A stretch of 64,000 nt of DNA, from NCBI GenBank assembly GCA_019057475.1, contig DXJO01000006.1, forward strand, positions 32,001-96,000. Direction: 5' to 3'. This DNA comes from Candidatus Thorarchaeota archaeon. Lineage in GTDB: Archaea > Asgardarchaeota > Thorarchaeia > Thorarchaeales > Thorarchaeaceae. This document shows, one piece after another, positions 9,301 through 19,111 of the stretch. A model generated the notes under the pieces. The model was not told the DNA's origin and did not search any database. It saw only the letters and a list, made by a program, of their open reading frames with translations. Positions within the stretch are counted from its first letter, which is position 1; the number at the start of each line of letters is the position of its first letter. The position numbers and the translations under genes were made by a program.

Positions 9301-11484
9301 CTATACCCATGCTTCATCGCTTTCTGGCAAGGTGTCTGCGGGAGGTTCTTGCCCTTCGTACTTCTTGACTATTGCCATCACATCAGGGAAGTCGATTCCA
9401 AGCTCCTTGACCGTGTGCGATGTTGGTACACCGTTGCGTGTCCAGCCCCTTCTCTTGTAAGTTGCGTCTGTAAGGCACTTGTACCTCTCTTCGCGGTGTG
9501 CTCGAAGGGCCTTGTTCTTCTCCGAGGTGTTCATGCTGGTGATGTCCATGCCTATCTCCTTCAGTTGCACATCATAGCGGTCCTGCCTGGATTCGTACTC
9601 CCAGTCGGTCACAGGGCCTACGCTCCTGTAGGGCGGGTTTGAGTCATTGATTCTGAGACCCTTGCCCTGTCGAATGTTGAAGATGCGTTGGAAATTGTAG
9701 ACACGCTCGCTCATCTGGACCAAATCATCACCGGAAACTTTTCTGCCGGTCATAGCAGTGAAGAATCTAGCATAAAATGCAACGTGGCCAGGAACCTTCG
9801 CGGGCTCGTCGGTATCGGAGTTGTCCGCTGGCACAACATCGTTCCAAGGCAGCTTACAAAGACCATTCAATCCGAACCAAGTTCTCCACATTGGGAAGTA
9901 ATGCAGTGCTTCTGCCTTGTCTTCAAAGGTTGGCATGTAGTTGTGGACTTGGTCGAGGAATATCAGCCATGCTTCATCATGCTGTGGCCCTTTCAGTGTA
10001 AGTCCATAGCCGCCTTGCTGGGCAAGGCTCTCCTTGGTCACGTACTCTGAGTATTCGAGACCCTTGTGCTCCATTCCGATGTCCTGCATGACATTTGTAT
10101 CAACACCAAACTCCTTGCCAAAGTAGTCCTTGAGGTAGTGAGTTCCTTTGCCGAAATGCTTGCCGCCGAAGCCCTCGCCAGTGGCCATTTCGTGTAAGAC
10201 TGCAAGTACTTCTTTCACGGCGCCCCAGTTCAGCTTGTGACCTCCAGTAGCTTTTTCGTTAATGTATCCCTCCTCGAAGAGTTCCATGACAAAGGCCATG
10301 GTTGTACCGAAGCTGATTGTGTCAATTCCGTAAGCGTCAGCGTAGAAGTTAATCTCCGCAACATAGTGTGGGTCAAAAACTGCAATGTTGGAACCGCACC
10401 CTGCGATCGTTTCGTACTCGGGTCCGTCGACGACGACGCTCTTGCCCTTGAATGGACCGGTCTTGGGAACGAATCCCACAATGCAGTGAGAGCAGTTGAT
10501 TGCGCACGGTCTCCAACAGCCGTCCCAACCCTTGCCAACGTTACTGAATGTCTTTTCCCAGACATCTCCGAACAGAGCCTTGGCCTCGGGGTCGCTACCA
10601 GTTCTGAAATTACGAGTTGGTAGAAGGTCGAACTCGTCCATAATTGAAGGCAGGTGAGCAGTTCCAATAACCCTCATTCTGTTTTGCACAGGATCCAGAT
10701 TGAGAATCTCCTTTGAGTGGTCTCGACCTACCTGCTTGACACCCTCCATATCATCGGGAGCGTTCATGTTTAGAGTGATCTTGCTAACTTTGGCCACGAG
10801 CGCCTTGACCTTCTTGTTTCTGAAAACTGTACCAATGCCGCCACGGCCTGCTTGCTTGTATCGGGGTAGGTTTCGCCTCATGTCCCACCATGAAAAATTC
10901 AGACACCCCATGTATGCATATTCTGCAGCGGGACCAGATGTAACTACTGACAAATCCTTCCCGTCCTTCTCCGTGTGGCGTTCAGTGAGAACCCTTGTGA
11001 TTTCATAGGCGGTATCAGGCAGATCAGAAGCATCATGGATCTCTATCTTGCCGTTGTCACCATCAATGTAGACATAGATGTCGCTCTTCGCTTTCCCCTG
11101 TATCTCAAGGGCATCGAAGCCTGCCATCTTAAGATTTGGACCAAAGTAGCCCCCTACGTTGCTATCGATAGGAATGCCGGTCATTGGCGAAATCGAAGTG
11201 ACAATCGACTTTCCTGCACCTGGATATTGAGTGACTCCACCCAGCGGTCCAGTGGCGATGCATATCTCATTCTCGGGGTCATCCCACTTCACAACGCGGT
11301 CCTTCGGAAGTCCGTTCCACATTAACCAGAGGTCAAAGCCCTTTCCGCCCGTGAAAGTTTTCTTCATCTTCTCATCAACCGACTTGATCTTGATTGTATT
11401 GTCACTGAGATTGATGTAGAGGGTCTGGTTCGCGTAGCCGCGGTCTAGCTTCGGTATCTTGTATTCAAGTTCTTTCAAGGTCAT
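9301..11484 (-). CDS. aor: Aldehyde:ferredoxin oxidoreductase (tungstopterin AOR family)
   Basis: SPMTG, DSNVGG, AGRGGIGTV, CWRPCAINC, GPEYET, YGIDTIS, GLCKLPW, YKRRGWTRNGVP; likely start MTLKEL at 11484. Confidence 0.85.
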   Translation of the reverse strand: MTLKELEYKIPKLDRGYANQTLYINLSDNTIKIKSVDEKMKKTFTGGKGFDLWLMWNGLPKDRVVKWDDPENEICIATGPLGGVTQYPGAGKSIVTSISPMTGIPIDSNVGGYFGPNLKMAGFDALEIQGKAKSDIYVYIDGDNGKIEIHDASDLPDTAYEITRVLTERHTEKDGKDLSVVTSGPAAEYAYMGCLNFSWWDMRRNLPRYKQAGRGGIGTVFRNKKVKALVAKVSKITLNMNAPDDMEGVKQVGRDHSKEILNLDPVQNRMRVIGTAHLPSIMDEFDLLPTRNFRTGSDPEAKALFGDVWEKTFSNVGKGWDGCWRPCAINCSHCIVGFVPKTGPFKGKSVVVDGPEYETIAGCGSNIAVFDPHYVAEINFYADAYGIDTISFGTTMAFVMELFEEGYINEKATGGHKLNWGAVKEVLAVLHEMATGEGFGGKHFGKGTHYLKDYFGKEFGVDTNVMQDIGMEHKGLEYSEYVTKESLAQQGGYGLTLKGPQHDEAWLIFLDQVHNYMPTFEDKAEALHYFPMWRTWFGLNGLCKLPWNDVVPADNSDTDEPAKVPGHVAFYARFFTAMTGRKVSGDDLVQMSERVYNFQRIFNIRQGKGLRINDSNPPYRSVGPVTDWEYESRQDRYDVQLKEIGMDITSMNTSEKNKALRAHREERYKCLTDATYKRRGWTRNGVPTSHTVKELGIDFPDVMAIVKKYEGQEPPADTLPESDEAWV

Positions 11485-11625
11485 CTTGCACACCACTCGG
11501 AGCAGATAGCACGTTAGACTGAGTTCACAGTTTGCGCTAGTCGCGGTTTGCGCCATGGCTCCCATTTGAGTCTTGCCTTAGGACTGCGGAGCGGAGCCGC
11601 TATCCCTTCGCTACCTTCACACGTG

Positions 11626-12127
11626 CATGAGCATTTTCAAACATGTTGCAGCAGCCATAAAGCCCGTTAAACTCGCATAGATTACATGAACGTTGCTCAT
11701 GACGTACTCCTTGGAACCCTTCGGCCTCTCAAGCGGGTTCAAAAACATAGTCATAACCAACGGTCATCATCGAGAGGATGAGGTTTCTCTCTACGGCAAA
11801 GACAAATTGACATGAACCAAGATCGTTGCCAATGAATGGTTCAATCGACGCTTGGTACGTCAAATCCATACCATAGTAGATACAAAACGGCGGTGTCTTC
11901 GATTCTTGTTCCCGGCATGTACGTTTTCATGTACATAAACGGTCATAATTACTTACTTCTTCGCCATAAAACGTGCATTCCTGTACTGTGTGCAGGAGCA
12001 GCGCTTGACAGCATCGAGAATACGATAAGCAGCGTAAGAATGTACTTAAATTGTGTCGAAAAACGATAGATTATGTACATTCCAATGCCGAACATGAACG
12101 TTTTGTACCTATCCAAACATGAATGTT
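11626..12127. promoter_or_regulatory. Divergent promoter region (aor / hdr-vhu cluster) with repeated CATGWACRTT-like motif
   Basis: Near-copies at 11626, 11685, 11811, 11916, 11928, 12039, 12072, 12093, 12118 within an ~890-bp intergenic region. Confidence 0.55.
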
Positions 12128-12374
12128 CAAAATATGGATGGAAACAGACAAAAAGAAACCAACTATGCCGTGAAGAGAACAGAGTAGTCTGGTTTTAGTT
12201 ACAATTTCCAATACACTAAGCATATTATGGAAGTCTGCCCTATATATCCTCTGATATTACGTGAATTCCGACCTTGACTTCAACAACACCTTGCGGTGAC
12301 ATGCATTGAGCTACCTAGATACTTGGACTTCACAACCAGCAATCAAGAAATATTGCCACTAGGATTGGATATGA

Positions 12375-12866
12375 ATGAAACGGGAATATCACATACCCAC
12401 GTCAAGCTTCACGGAAGAGATTGCGGCTTTATCTGGCGGCGAGGTGATCGAGAAATGCATTCAGTGCGGGATTTGCACTGCTAGCTGTGAAGTCGCAAGG
12501 GTTTCGGAGAGATACCACCCTCGAAGACTCATTCAAAAAATTCTGATAGGCAAGAGGAAGGAGGTACTGGAGAGCGACCTTCCGTGGCTGTGCATGACTT
12601 GCAGATTGTGTGAGGAGCGGTGCCAAGAGGGCGTGAGTCCGGCGGACATATTCCAACTTGTTAGAGCTTTGGCCGCCAAAGAAGGATTTGTGCCCAAGGT
12701 CTTTGCGAATGCTGTCGACTTGGTGCTTCGTGATGGGTGGCTGCTGGCTGCCTCGTATTCAGACTTCATTGAAGATGAGCGTGAAGGAATGGGCCTGGAT
12801 GTTGACCTTCATTGGGACGACACGTTTGTACAACGGCTGAAAGCCATGTTCTTGGGAGGAGCGTGA
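12375..12866 (+). CDS. hdrC: Heterodisulfide reductase subunit C
   Basis: CIQCGICTASC and WLCMTCRLCEERC, two [4Fe-4S] motifs; coupled to hdrB. Confidence 0.9.
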   Translation: MKREYHIPTSSFTEEIAALSGGEVIEKCIQCGICTASCEVARVSERYHPRRLIQKILIGKRKEVLESDLPWLCMTCRLCEERCQEGVSPADIFQLVRALAAKEGFVPKVFANAVDLVLRDGWLLAASYSDFIEDEREGMGLDVDLHWDDTFVQRLKAMFLGGA

Positions 12867-13753
12867 TGCGAATGAAAGAGATACTACTCTATCGGGGGTG
12901 TACAACGCCCGTCAGACTGTCGGAATACGAATCCTCGACAAAGATTGTTCTTAAAGAACTGGGTGTTGACGCTATCGACCTTGTTAATGCCAACTGCTGT
13001 GGGGCTCAATTCGTTGAATCGCTTTACCCAAGGGCCCATGCTGCACTCGGTGGACGTATACTTGCCCTGGCGGAACAAGAGGAAAAAGACATTCTTGCGA
13101 TATGCGGAGCGTGCTCGGGTTCCCTGAAGCACATCAAGCATTTACTCGACTCAGATGAATCGATTAGAAAGGAAGTTAATGGGCTCCTGGCTCATGAAGG
13201 GCTTAAGTATACAGGCAAAGTCGAAGTTAAACACCTCCTACAAATCTTCAACGAAGACATAGGATACAGAGCTCTTGAAAAGGCAATTGTGCGACCCTAC
13301 CAAGAGGTGAGGATGGCAGCTCACTATGGATGTCATGTAACGCGTCCTTTTGAGATTGTTAAAGTGGATGACCCAGAGAATCCCACGATCATTGATCGGA
13401 TAATTCAGCTGACAGGGGCCACTGCAGTACAGTATACAAGCAAGACGCAGTGTTGCGGTGGGCCACTGCTCGCCATGGACGAAGAGCTCGCAACAAAGAT
13501 TGGAGCTGGCAAAATTAACAATGTAATACGCGCGGGTGCACATGGTATTGTTACAGCATGTGCATTCTGCCAGATTCAGCTGACTCAGACACAGCTTGGT
13601 AGTGAATCCACGGTTATCAACCGCATTCCCATCATTACGCTACCTCAGTTCTTGGGGTACGCTATGGGTCTTGACTATAATGACCTTGGCCTATATCTGA
13701 ATCCAATCAGTGCTCGCCATACCGTGTTCCGAACCGCCGGGGAGGTGGCATAA
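12866..13753 (+). CDS. hdrB: Heterodisulfide reductase subunit B
   Basis: Two CCG domains: YRGC..NCCG..CGAC and HYGCH..QCCGG..ACAFC; TGATG overlap with hdrC. Confidence 0.9.
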   Translation: MRMKEILLYRGCTTPVRLSEYESSTKIVLKELGVDAIDLVNANCCGAQFVESLYPRAHAALGGRILALAEQEEKDILAICGACSGSLKHIKHLLDSDESIRKEVNGLLAHEGLKYTGKVEVKHLLQIFNEDIGYRALEKAIVRPYQEVRMAAHYGCHVTRPFEIVKVDDPENPTIIDRIIQLTGATAVQYTSKTQCCGGPLLAMDEELATKIGAGKINNVIRAGAHGIVTACAFCQIQLTQTQLGSESTVINRIPIITLPQFLGYAMGLDYNDLGLYLNPISARHTVFRTAGEVA

Positions 13754-13851
13754 TGACCACTGCGTCTAATGCGACCAGTTTGGCATGTCAAGATGCATCC
13801 CTCAACAGAAGGCTCTCGCTAGTAAATCGTCATTCCCGAGGAAGTGAGTAG
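13753..13851 (+). other. 32-codon micro-ORF bridging hdrB and hdrC (possible gene remnant)
   Basis: GGAGGTG RBS, TAATG overlap with hdrB stop, MTTASNATSLACQDASLNRRLSLVNRHSRGSE, TAG ends 1 nt before next ATG. Confidence 0.35.
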
Positions 13852-13852
13852 A

Positions 13853-14410
13853 ATGGAACGTGCAGAAGACATCAAATCATACAAGCCTGATCAGCCCATA
13901 CAGGATTCCGATGTGCAAAGTGGCTTCAAGTACGAGGTCGCAGAGCATGTTGGCGCAGAAGGCCTGATGAGATGCTTGAAGTGTGGTGCTTGCAGCGGCG
14001 GTTGTCCTGTGGCGGCAGTCACCGACTACAGACCCAGGAAGGTTCTCGGTGATGTTTTGCTTGGCCTAAAGGATCAGGTACTGTCCAGTGACACCCTGTG
14101 GCTTTGTGCTGCTTGCTTCACGTGCGAAGAGCGTTGTATTCAGGAAGTCAACTTCACTGACGTAGTTACTGTACTACGCAACATGGCTGTGCGGGAGGGA
14201 TTTGCCGCAGAAGGCTATATGGAGATGGCAAAGCGAGTTATTCAGTTCGGGCGAGTTAGCCCACTCACTCGACAAGTCGAAAGGATGCGTGAGAATCTCA
14301 ATCTACCGCCACTTCAAGAGCCAGCGATTGAGGAACTCCGGGCAATCATGGAATCCGCTGGTTTTCCTGAGATAATGGAAGCGGCAACAAGGAGGTCGAA
14401 GACAGTATGA
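13853..14410 (+). CDS. hdrC: Heterodisulfide reductase subunit C
   Basis: CLKCGACSGGCP and WLCAACFTCEERC. Confidence 0.9.
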   Translation: MERAEDIKSYKPDQPIQDSDVQSGFKYEVAEHVGAEGLMRCLKCGACSGGCPVAAVTDYRPRKVLGDVLLGLKDQVLSSDTLWLCAACFTCEERCIQEVNFTDVVTVLRNMAVREGFAAEGYMEMAKRVIQFGRVSPLTRQVERMRENLNLPPLQEPAIEELRAIMESAGFPEIMEAATRRSKTV

Positions 14411-15318
14411 AGATGGCAATGGCTTGGGGATGCCTTGTCCCCACTCGAAGATCACTCATAGGATATGAAGCGGCTACTAGAAAGGTTCTGAATCATCTTG
14501 GCGTTGAAACCGTAGATATCCCGAATGAAACCTGCTGTGCACCATTCTGGATGCAGTCTCTCGATTTTACTACCAGCCTAGCCATGGCTGCCCGAAATCT
14601 TGCAAAGGCGGAGGAAATGGGGCTTGACCTCCTAACACCTTGCAGCGGTTGCTTCCACTCCTATATGCGAGTGAATCACACGTATGAGAACCATCCGGAA
14701 ATGCGTGAAAAAGTAAACGATATTCTCGCAAAGGCAGACCTGAGATATGATGGGAATGTCGAGTCGCGTCACGTAGTTGATTTTCTCTACAAAGATATCG
14801 GTGTTAATGCAATCAAGGAGAGTATGAAGATAGATCTTGGTGAGATCGAGATCGGTCTTAGATATGGATGTCACATGCTCAAGCCAAGCGACCTGCTCAA
14901 TATCGAATACTCTGAAAGACCCCGATTCGGGGATGAGTTGCTAGAGGCTGTCGGCGTAAGGTGCAAGGAGTACACAGGGCGCTACAGGTGCTGTGGAGGG
15001 CTTCTTCGAGGAACACAGGATGATGTGGCTGACTATATACTACACGACCGACTGATGGATGCTAAAAATGCCAATCTCGACGGACTTGTGACTGTGTGTT
15101 CTCTCTGTCATATCCAGCACGACATGGGTCAGAAGAGCATCAAGCGGAAATTTGGCATAGAGGACCTCGAGATTCCGGTTTTGCACTTTCCACAATTGCT
15201 GGCTCTAGGGTTTGGATATTCTGCTGAAGAGATAGGACTGAATCTGCACACCGTGAAAACGGACGGAATCGTTGCGAAAATCATTGCGGGCGCATCGAAA
15301 GGAGGTGTCAAGAAATGA
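14407..15318 (+). CDS. hdrB: Heterodisulfide reductase subunit B (first motif CCA)
   Basis: WGC..TCCAP..PCSGC and RYGCH..RCCGG..VCSLC. Confidence 0.88.
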   Translation: MKMAMAWGCLVPTRRSLIGYEAATRKVLNHLGVETVDIPNETCCAPFWMQSLDFTTSLAMAARNLAKAEEMGLDLLTPCSGCFHSYMRVNHTYENHPEMREKVNDILAKADLRYDGNVESRHVVDFLYKDIGVNAIKESMKIDLGEIEIGLRYGCHMLKPSDLLNIEYSERPRFGDELLEAVGVRCKEYTGRYRCCGGLLRGTQDDVADYILHDRLMDAKNANLDGLVTVCSLCHIQHDMGQKSIKRKFGIEDLEIPVLHFPQLLALGFGYSAEEIGLNLHTVKTDGIVAKIIAGASKGGVKK

Positions 15319-18300
15319 GCACTGAGGAACCGAGAATAGGAGTATTCGTCTGCCACTGTGGTCTTAATATCGCTGGCGTAGTGGAATGCAAGAAAGTGGC
15401 CGATTTCGCTGCCACACTTCCTGATGTGGCCTATTCAGTGGACTTGCTGTTCGCCTGTTCCGACGACGGACAGGAACACATCAAGGAAGCCATCCATGAG
15501 CATAATCTGAACCGTGTCATCGTTGCCTCGTGCACTCCTCGGACACACGAACCTGTCTTCAGGCAGTGCCTTGAGGAGGCAGGGCTGAACCCCTATCTGT
15601 ACGACCAGGTCAATCTTCGGGAGCATGTCAGCTGGGTTCACATGGACGAGAAGGAGAAGGCTACGCAGAAGGCTTTGGAACTGGTGGCTATGTCCGTGGA
15701 GCGGGCCAAAAGGTTGGAACCCCTTGAACGTCAGATTGTGGATGTGATTCCGAAGTGTGCTGTCATCGGTGCTGGTGTCGCAGGCATATCTGCCGCGCTA
15801 GACTTAGCAGACGCGGGCTTTGAAACCTATCTAATCGAGAAGAGGCCGACTATCGGCGGGCAGATGGCATTGCTCGACAAGGTCTTTCCACAGAATGACT
15901 GTGCGATATGTATCCTTGGTCCCATCATGTCTCGTGTCGGGCGACATCCGAGAATCACACTCCTGCCTTACAGTGAGTTAGAGACAGTAAACGGGCACGT
16001 TGGCAATTTCCGGCTTACGGTCAGGAAGAAGACCCGCTATATCCACCCGGACATCTGTAATGGCTGTACCGACTGCGAACAGGTCTGTCCTGTTTCTACA
16101 CCCAACTCCTATGAGTTTTGGTTGACGGATCGCAAGGCGGTATACAGACCTTTCCCACAGGCAGTACCCAGTAGCTACACAATCGACAAGAAGGGGATCC
16201 CAGCTTGTAGGTTCTCCTGCCCCGCGCACGTGAATTGTCAGGGTTTTTCCACACTGATCAAGGAGAAACGCTTCAGTGAGGCTCTCGACATTGTAAGAAA
16301 CGCGATACCTTTCGCTGGAGTACTGGGTCGCGTTTGTACAAGTCCATGCGAAGCGAAGTGTGAACGGGGAGCGTTCGATGAAAGCTTGAGCATTAGAAAC
16401 CTACATCGGTTCCTAGCTGACTACGAGCGCGAACATGGCGCTACGAAAGTTGAGAAAATCAAGAAAGACAAGAAAGAAAAGATTGCTGTGGTGGGAGCGG
16501 GACCCGCTGGCATAGCTTGCGCCTATGACTTGGCTAAACTAGGCTATCCGGTGACTGTCTTCGAAGCCAGAGAGGAGAGTGGTGGTCTCCTGAGATGGGG
16601 CATCCCGGAATACCGGCTACCTCGTGATGTGCTGAGGGAGGAGATATCGAGAGTCGAAGGTCTTGGTGTCAAGATTCTTACGGGCAAACCAGTCAAGTCA
16701 ATCGCTAGTCTGAGGAATCGAGGTTTTAAGGCTGTTTTCCTCGCCACGGGCGCACCGGTTAGTACAAAGCTGGGAGTTGAAGGCGAGGATGCCAAAGGCG
16801 TGTTTCATGCCCTTGACTTCTTGAACCAGGTTAACAGCGGAGAGAGTGTTGATCTGGGGAAGAAGGTAGCAATCATTGGGGGCGGCAACGCTGCAGTTGA
16901 CTCGGCGAGAGTTGCGAAACGTCTTGGTGCAAGGACAGTGACACTCATCTATAGACGATCGCGAGTGGAGATGCCGGCCATCCCTAGTGAGATTGAGGAA
17001 GCAGAGAAAGAAGGAGTCAACCTTATGCTCTTGGCTACGCCCATTGGATTTATCATGTCTGATGGTGTCCTTGAGAGCATCAGATGCATCAAGATGCGGC
17101 TAGGTGAGCCTGACGCCTCTGGTCGCAGACGTCCGATACCGATTCCTGAATCGGAGTTTGAGGTGCGTGTTGACAATGTTATCATAGCCGTAGGCCAGAT
17201 GGTGAGCCCCACCAGCATTCTCAAGGGTCTAGAGGTCACACAATGGGATACCCTTTCAGTCGACCCAATCACGTTGCAGACGAGCTTAAAGGGTGTCTTC
17301 GCAGGAGGGGATGTTGTTTCAGGTCCAACGACGGTTGTGGAGGCTGTGGCTGCAGGAATAGAGGCAGCGAAGTCTATCGACCGCTATGTACGAGGCGTTG
17401 ATCTCTCAGAAGGAAGACCTGAGATACTCCGTCTGGTGCCATCTGCTGAGGTGGACAAGACGAGAGCTGAAATCGCTGAACGTGCAGTCATGCCAACTAT
17501 AAATGCGAAATTAAGGAAGAGTAACTTTGCTGAGGTTGAAACAGGCTTGGCCCTGAAGACTGCTGTTGCGGAAGCAGAGCGCTGTTTCAACTGTGCTCTG
17601 TGCTCTGAGTGTAACCTATGTATCGAGGTATGCAAGCCCAACGCCATCGATCATTCGTTGGTGGATGAGTTCGTCGAGCTGGATGTCGGGACTATCATCT
17701 TGGCCACTGGGTTCAAGCCCTATGACCCATCCGAAACTCGTGAGTTTGGTTATGGCGCTTTTAAGAATGTCATTACGAATGCTCAACTAGAGCGGCTAAC
17801 CAATGCCGCTGGACCTACCCACGGCAAAGTCAAGAGACCTTCTGACGGAATGCCGCCAAAGAGTGTTGCATTTGTGCAGTGCGTTGGCTCAAGAGACCGT
17901 AGAGTGAACCAAGACTACTGCTGCTACACGGGATGCGAGAATTCGCTGAAGCAGGCCACGCAGATAAAGGAGAAGTATCCTAACACTGAAATCTCCATCT
18001 TCGCAATGGACATTCGCACTCATGGCTTGGGCTATGAGGGTCTCTACCGCAGGGCTCGAGAGATGGGCGTAATCATCATCAAGGGACGTCCCTCCGAGAT
18101 TGAGGAGATTCCGGGAACAAGGTCTCTCAAAGTGCTCGCTGAGGACCTGTATACTGGCGAAAGACTCGGAACTACTTATGAACTGGTAGTGCTCGCGTCT
18201 GCGTTGCTACCCAATGACGACACGAAGGACCTAGCCCGCAAGTTGAACATTTCCACAGGGGAGTACGGCTATCTGATGGAAGCCCATCCCAAGCTGCGAC

Positions 18301-18686
18301 CAGTAGACAGCTTTCGTGACGGTGTATTTCTAGCGGGAGCTTGTCTTGGTCCAATGGACATCCCCAAGGCTGTGGCCTATGGAAAGGCTGCTGCTGCAGG
18401 TGCTCAGTCCTTGATGGCGCCAGGCAAGTTTCAGGTTGAACCCATTTATGCAGAGATTGACACGACGCTATGCAACGACTGTGATCTCTGTAACGATCTA
18501 TGTCCGTACAGTGCCATAACTGGCGAGGGTGACGAACGGAAAGTCATGTACGAAATCTGTCAGGGATGCGGGACATGTGCTGCTGCCTGTCCACAGATGG
18601 CGATTGACATGCGGCACTATAGATCAGAACAGCTAATGCCGCAGATTGCAGCTGCGGCGCGCATTCATGGAGGGATGAAGAAATGA
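15315..18686 (+). CDS. hdrA: Full-length HdrA with inserted GltD-like NAD(P)H-binding flavoprotein module (HdrL-type)
   Basis: IGVFVCHCG N-domain, GAGVAG FAD site, FPQNDCAICIL, ferredoxin interrupted by CRFSCPAH/GRVC/GAGPAG/GGGNAAVD/YRRS module, QCVGSR, C-terminal ferredoxin. Confidence 0.88.
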   Translation: MSTEEPRIGVFVCHCGLNIAGVVECKKVADFAATLPDVAYSVDLLFACSDDGQEHIKEAIHEHNLNRVIVASCTPRTHEPVFRQCLEEAGLNPYLYDQVNLREHVSWVHMDEKEKATQKALELVAMSVERAKRLEPLERQIVDVIPKCAVIGAGVAGISAALDLADAGFETYLIEKRPTIGGQMALLDKVFPQNDCAICILGPIMSRVGRHPRITLLPYSELETVNGHVGNFRLTVRKKTRYIHPDICNGCTDCEQVCPVSTPNSYEFWLTDRKAVYRPFPQAVPSSYTIDKKGIPACRFSCPAHVNCQGFSTLIKEKRFSEALDIVRNAIPFAGVLGRVCTSPCEAKCERGAFDESLSIRNLHRFLADYEREHGATKVEKIKKDKKEKIAVVGAGPAGIACAYDLAKLGYPVTVFEAREESGGLLRWGIPEYRLPRDVLREEISRVEGLGVKILTGKPVKSIASLRNRGFKAVFLATGAPVSTKLGVEGEDAKGVFHALDFLNQVNSGESVDLGKKVAIIGGGNAAVDSARVAKRLGARTVTLIYRRSRVEMPAIPSEIEEAEKEGVNLMLLATPIGFIMSDGVLESIRCIKMRLGEPDASGRRRPIPIPESEFEVRVDNVIIAVGQMVSPTSILKGLEVTQWDTLSVDPITLQTSLKGVFAGGDVVSGPTTVVEAVAAGIEAAKSIDRYVRGVDLSEGRPEILRLVPSAEVDKTRAEIAERAVMPTINAKLRKSNFAEVETGLALKTAVAEAERCFNCALCSECNLCIEVCKPNAIDHSLVDEFVELDVGTIILATGFKPYDPSETREFGYGAFKNVITNAQLERLTNAAGPTHGKVKRPSDGMPPKSVAFVQCVGSRDRRVNQDYCCYTGCENSLKQATQIKEKYPNTEISIFAMDIRTHGLGYEGLYRRAREMGVIIIKGRPSEIEEIPGTRSLKVLAEDLYTGERLGTTYELVVLASALLPNDDTKDLARKLNISTGEYGYLMEAHPKLRPVDSFRDGVFLAGACLGPMDIPKAVAYGKAAAAGAQSLMAPGKFQVEPIYAEIDTTLCNDCDLCNDLCPYSAITGEGDERKVMYEICQGCGTCAAACPQMAIDMRHYRSEQLMPQIAAAARIHGGMKK

Positions 18687-19111
18687 GTGGCAAGAGGTTC
18701 GAACCTAGTATCGTGGCGTTCACGTGCAACTGGTGCTCTTATGGCGGTGCAGACCTTGCGGGAATTTCACGTATCCAATACCCCCCCAATTCGAAGGTGA
18801 TTAGGCTCATGTGTTCAGGCAGAGTTGACCCGCTGATGACGCTTGAGGCGTTCAAGAATGGAGCTGACGGTGTAATCATTAGTGGCTGCCACATTGGTGA
18901 CTGTCACTACTCCACAGGCAACTACCGAACAGAGGTTCGATTCATGGCACTCCGATCAGCGATGGATGTTATTGGATTAAATCCAGAACGGTTGCGTCTT
19001 CTTTGGGCGAGTGCCTCAGAAGGACAGCAGTGGGCGGATACAATGCGAGAGATGGCTGAGCAAGTTAGAGAGCTTGGACCTAGTCCACTCAAAGGAGGTA
19101 GCAAGAAGTGA
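18683..19111 (+). CDS. mvhD: MvhD [2Fe-2S] hydrogenase delta subunit
   Basis: FTCNWCSYGGADLAG, MCSGRVDP, GCHIGDCHY, WASASEG. Confidence 0.93.
   Translation: MSGKRFEPSIVAFTCNWCSYGGADLAGISRIQYPPNSKVIRLMCSGRVDPLMTLEAFKNGADGVIISGCHIGDCHYSTGNYRTEVRFMALRSAMDVIGLNPERLRLLWASASEGQQWADTMREMAEQVRELGPSPLKGGSKK

Noticed and set aside
11626-12127. CRISPR array or tandem repeat
   Set aside because: Repeats are only ~10 bp, degenerate and irregularly spaced; no cas genes
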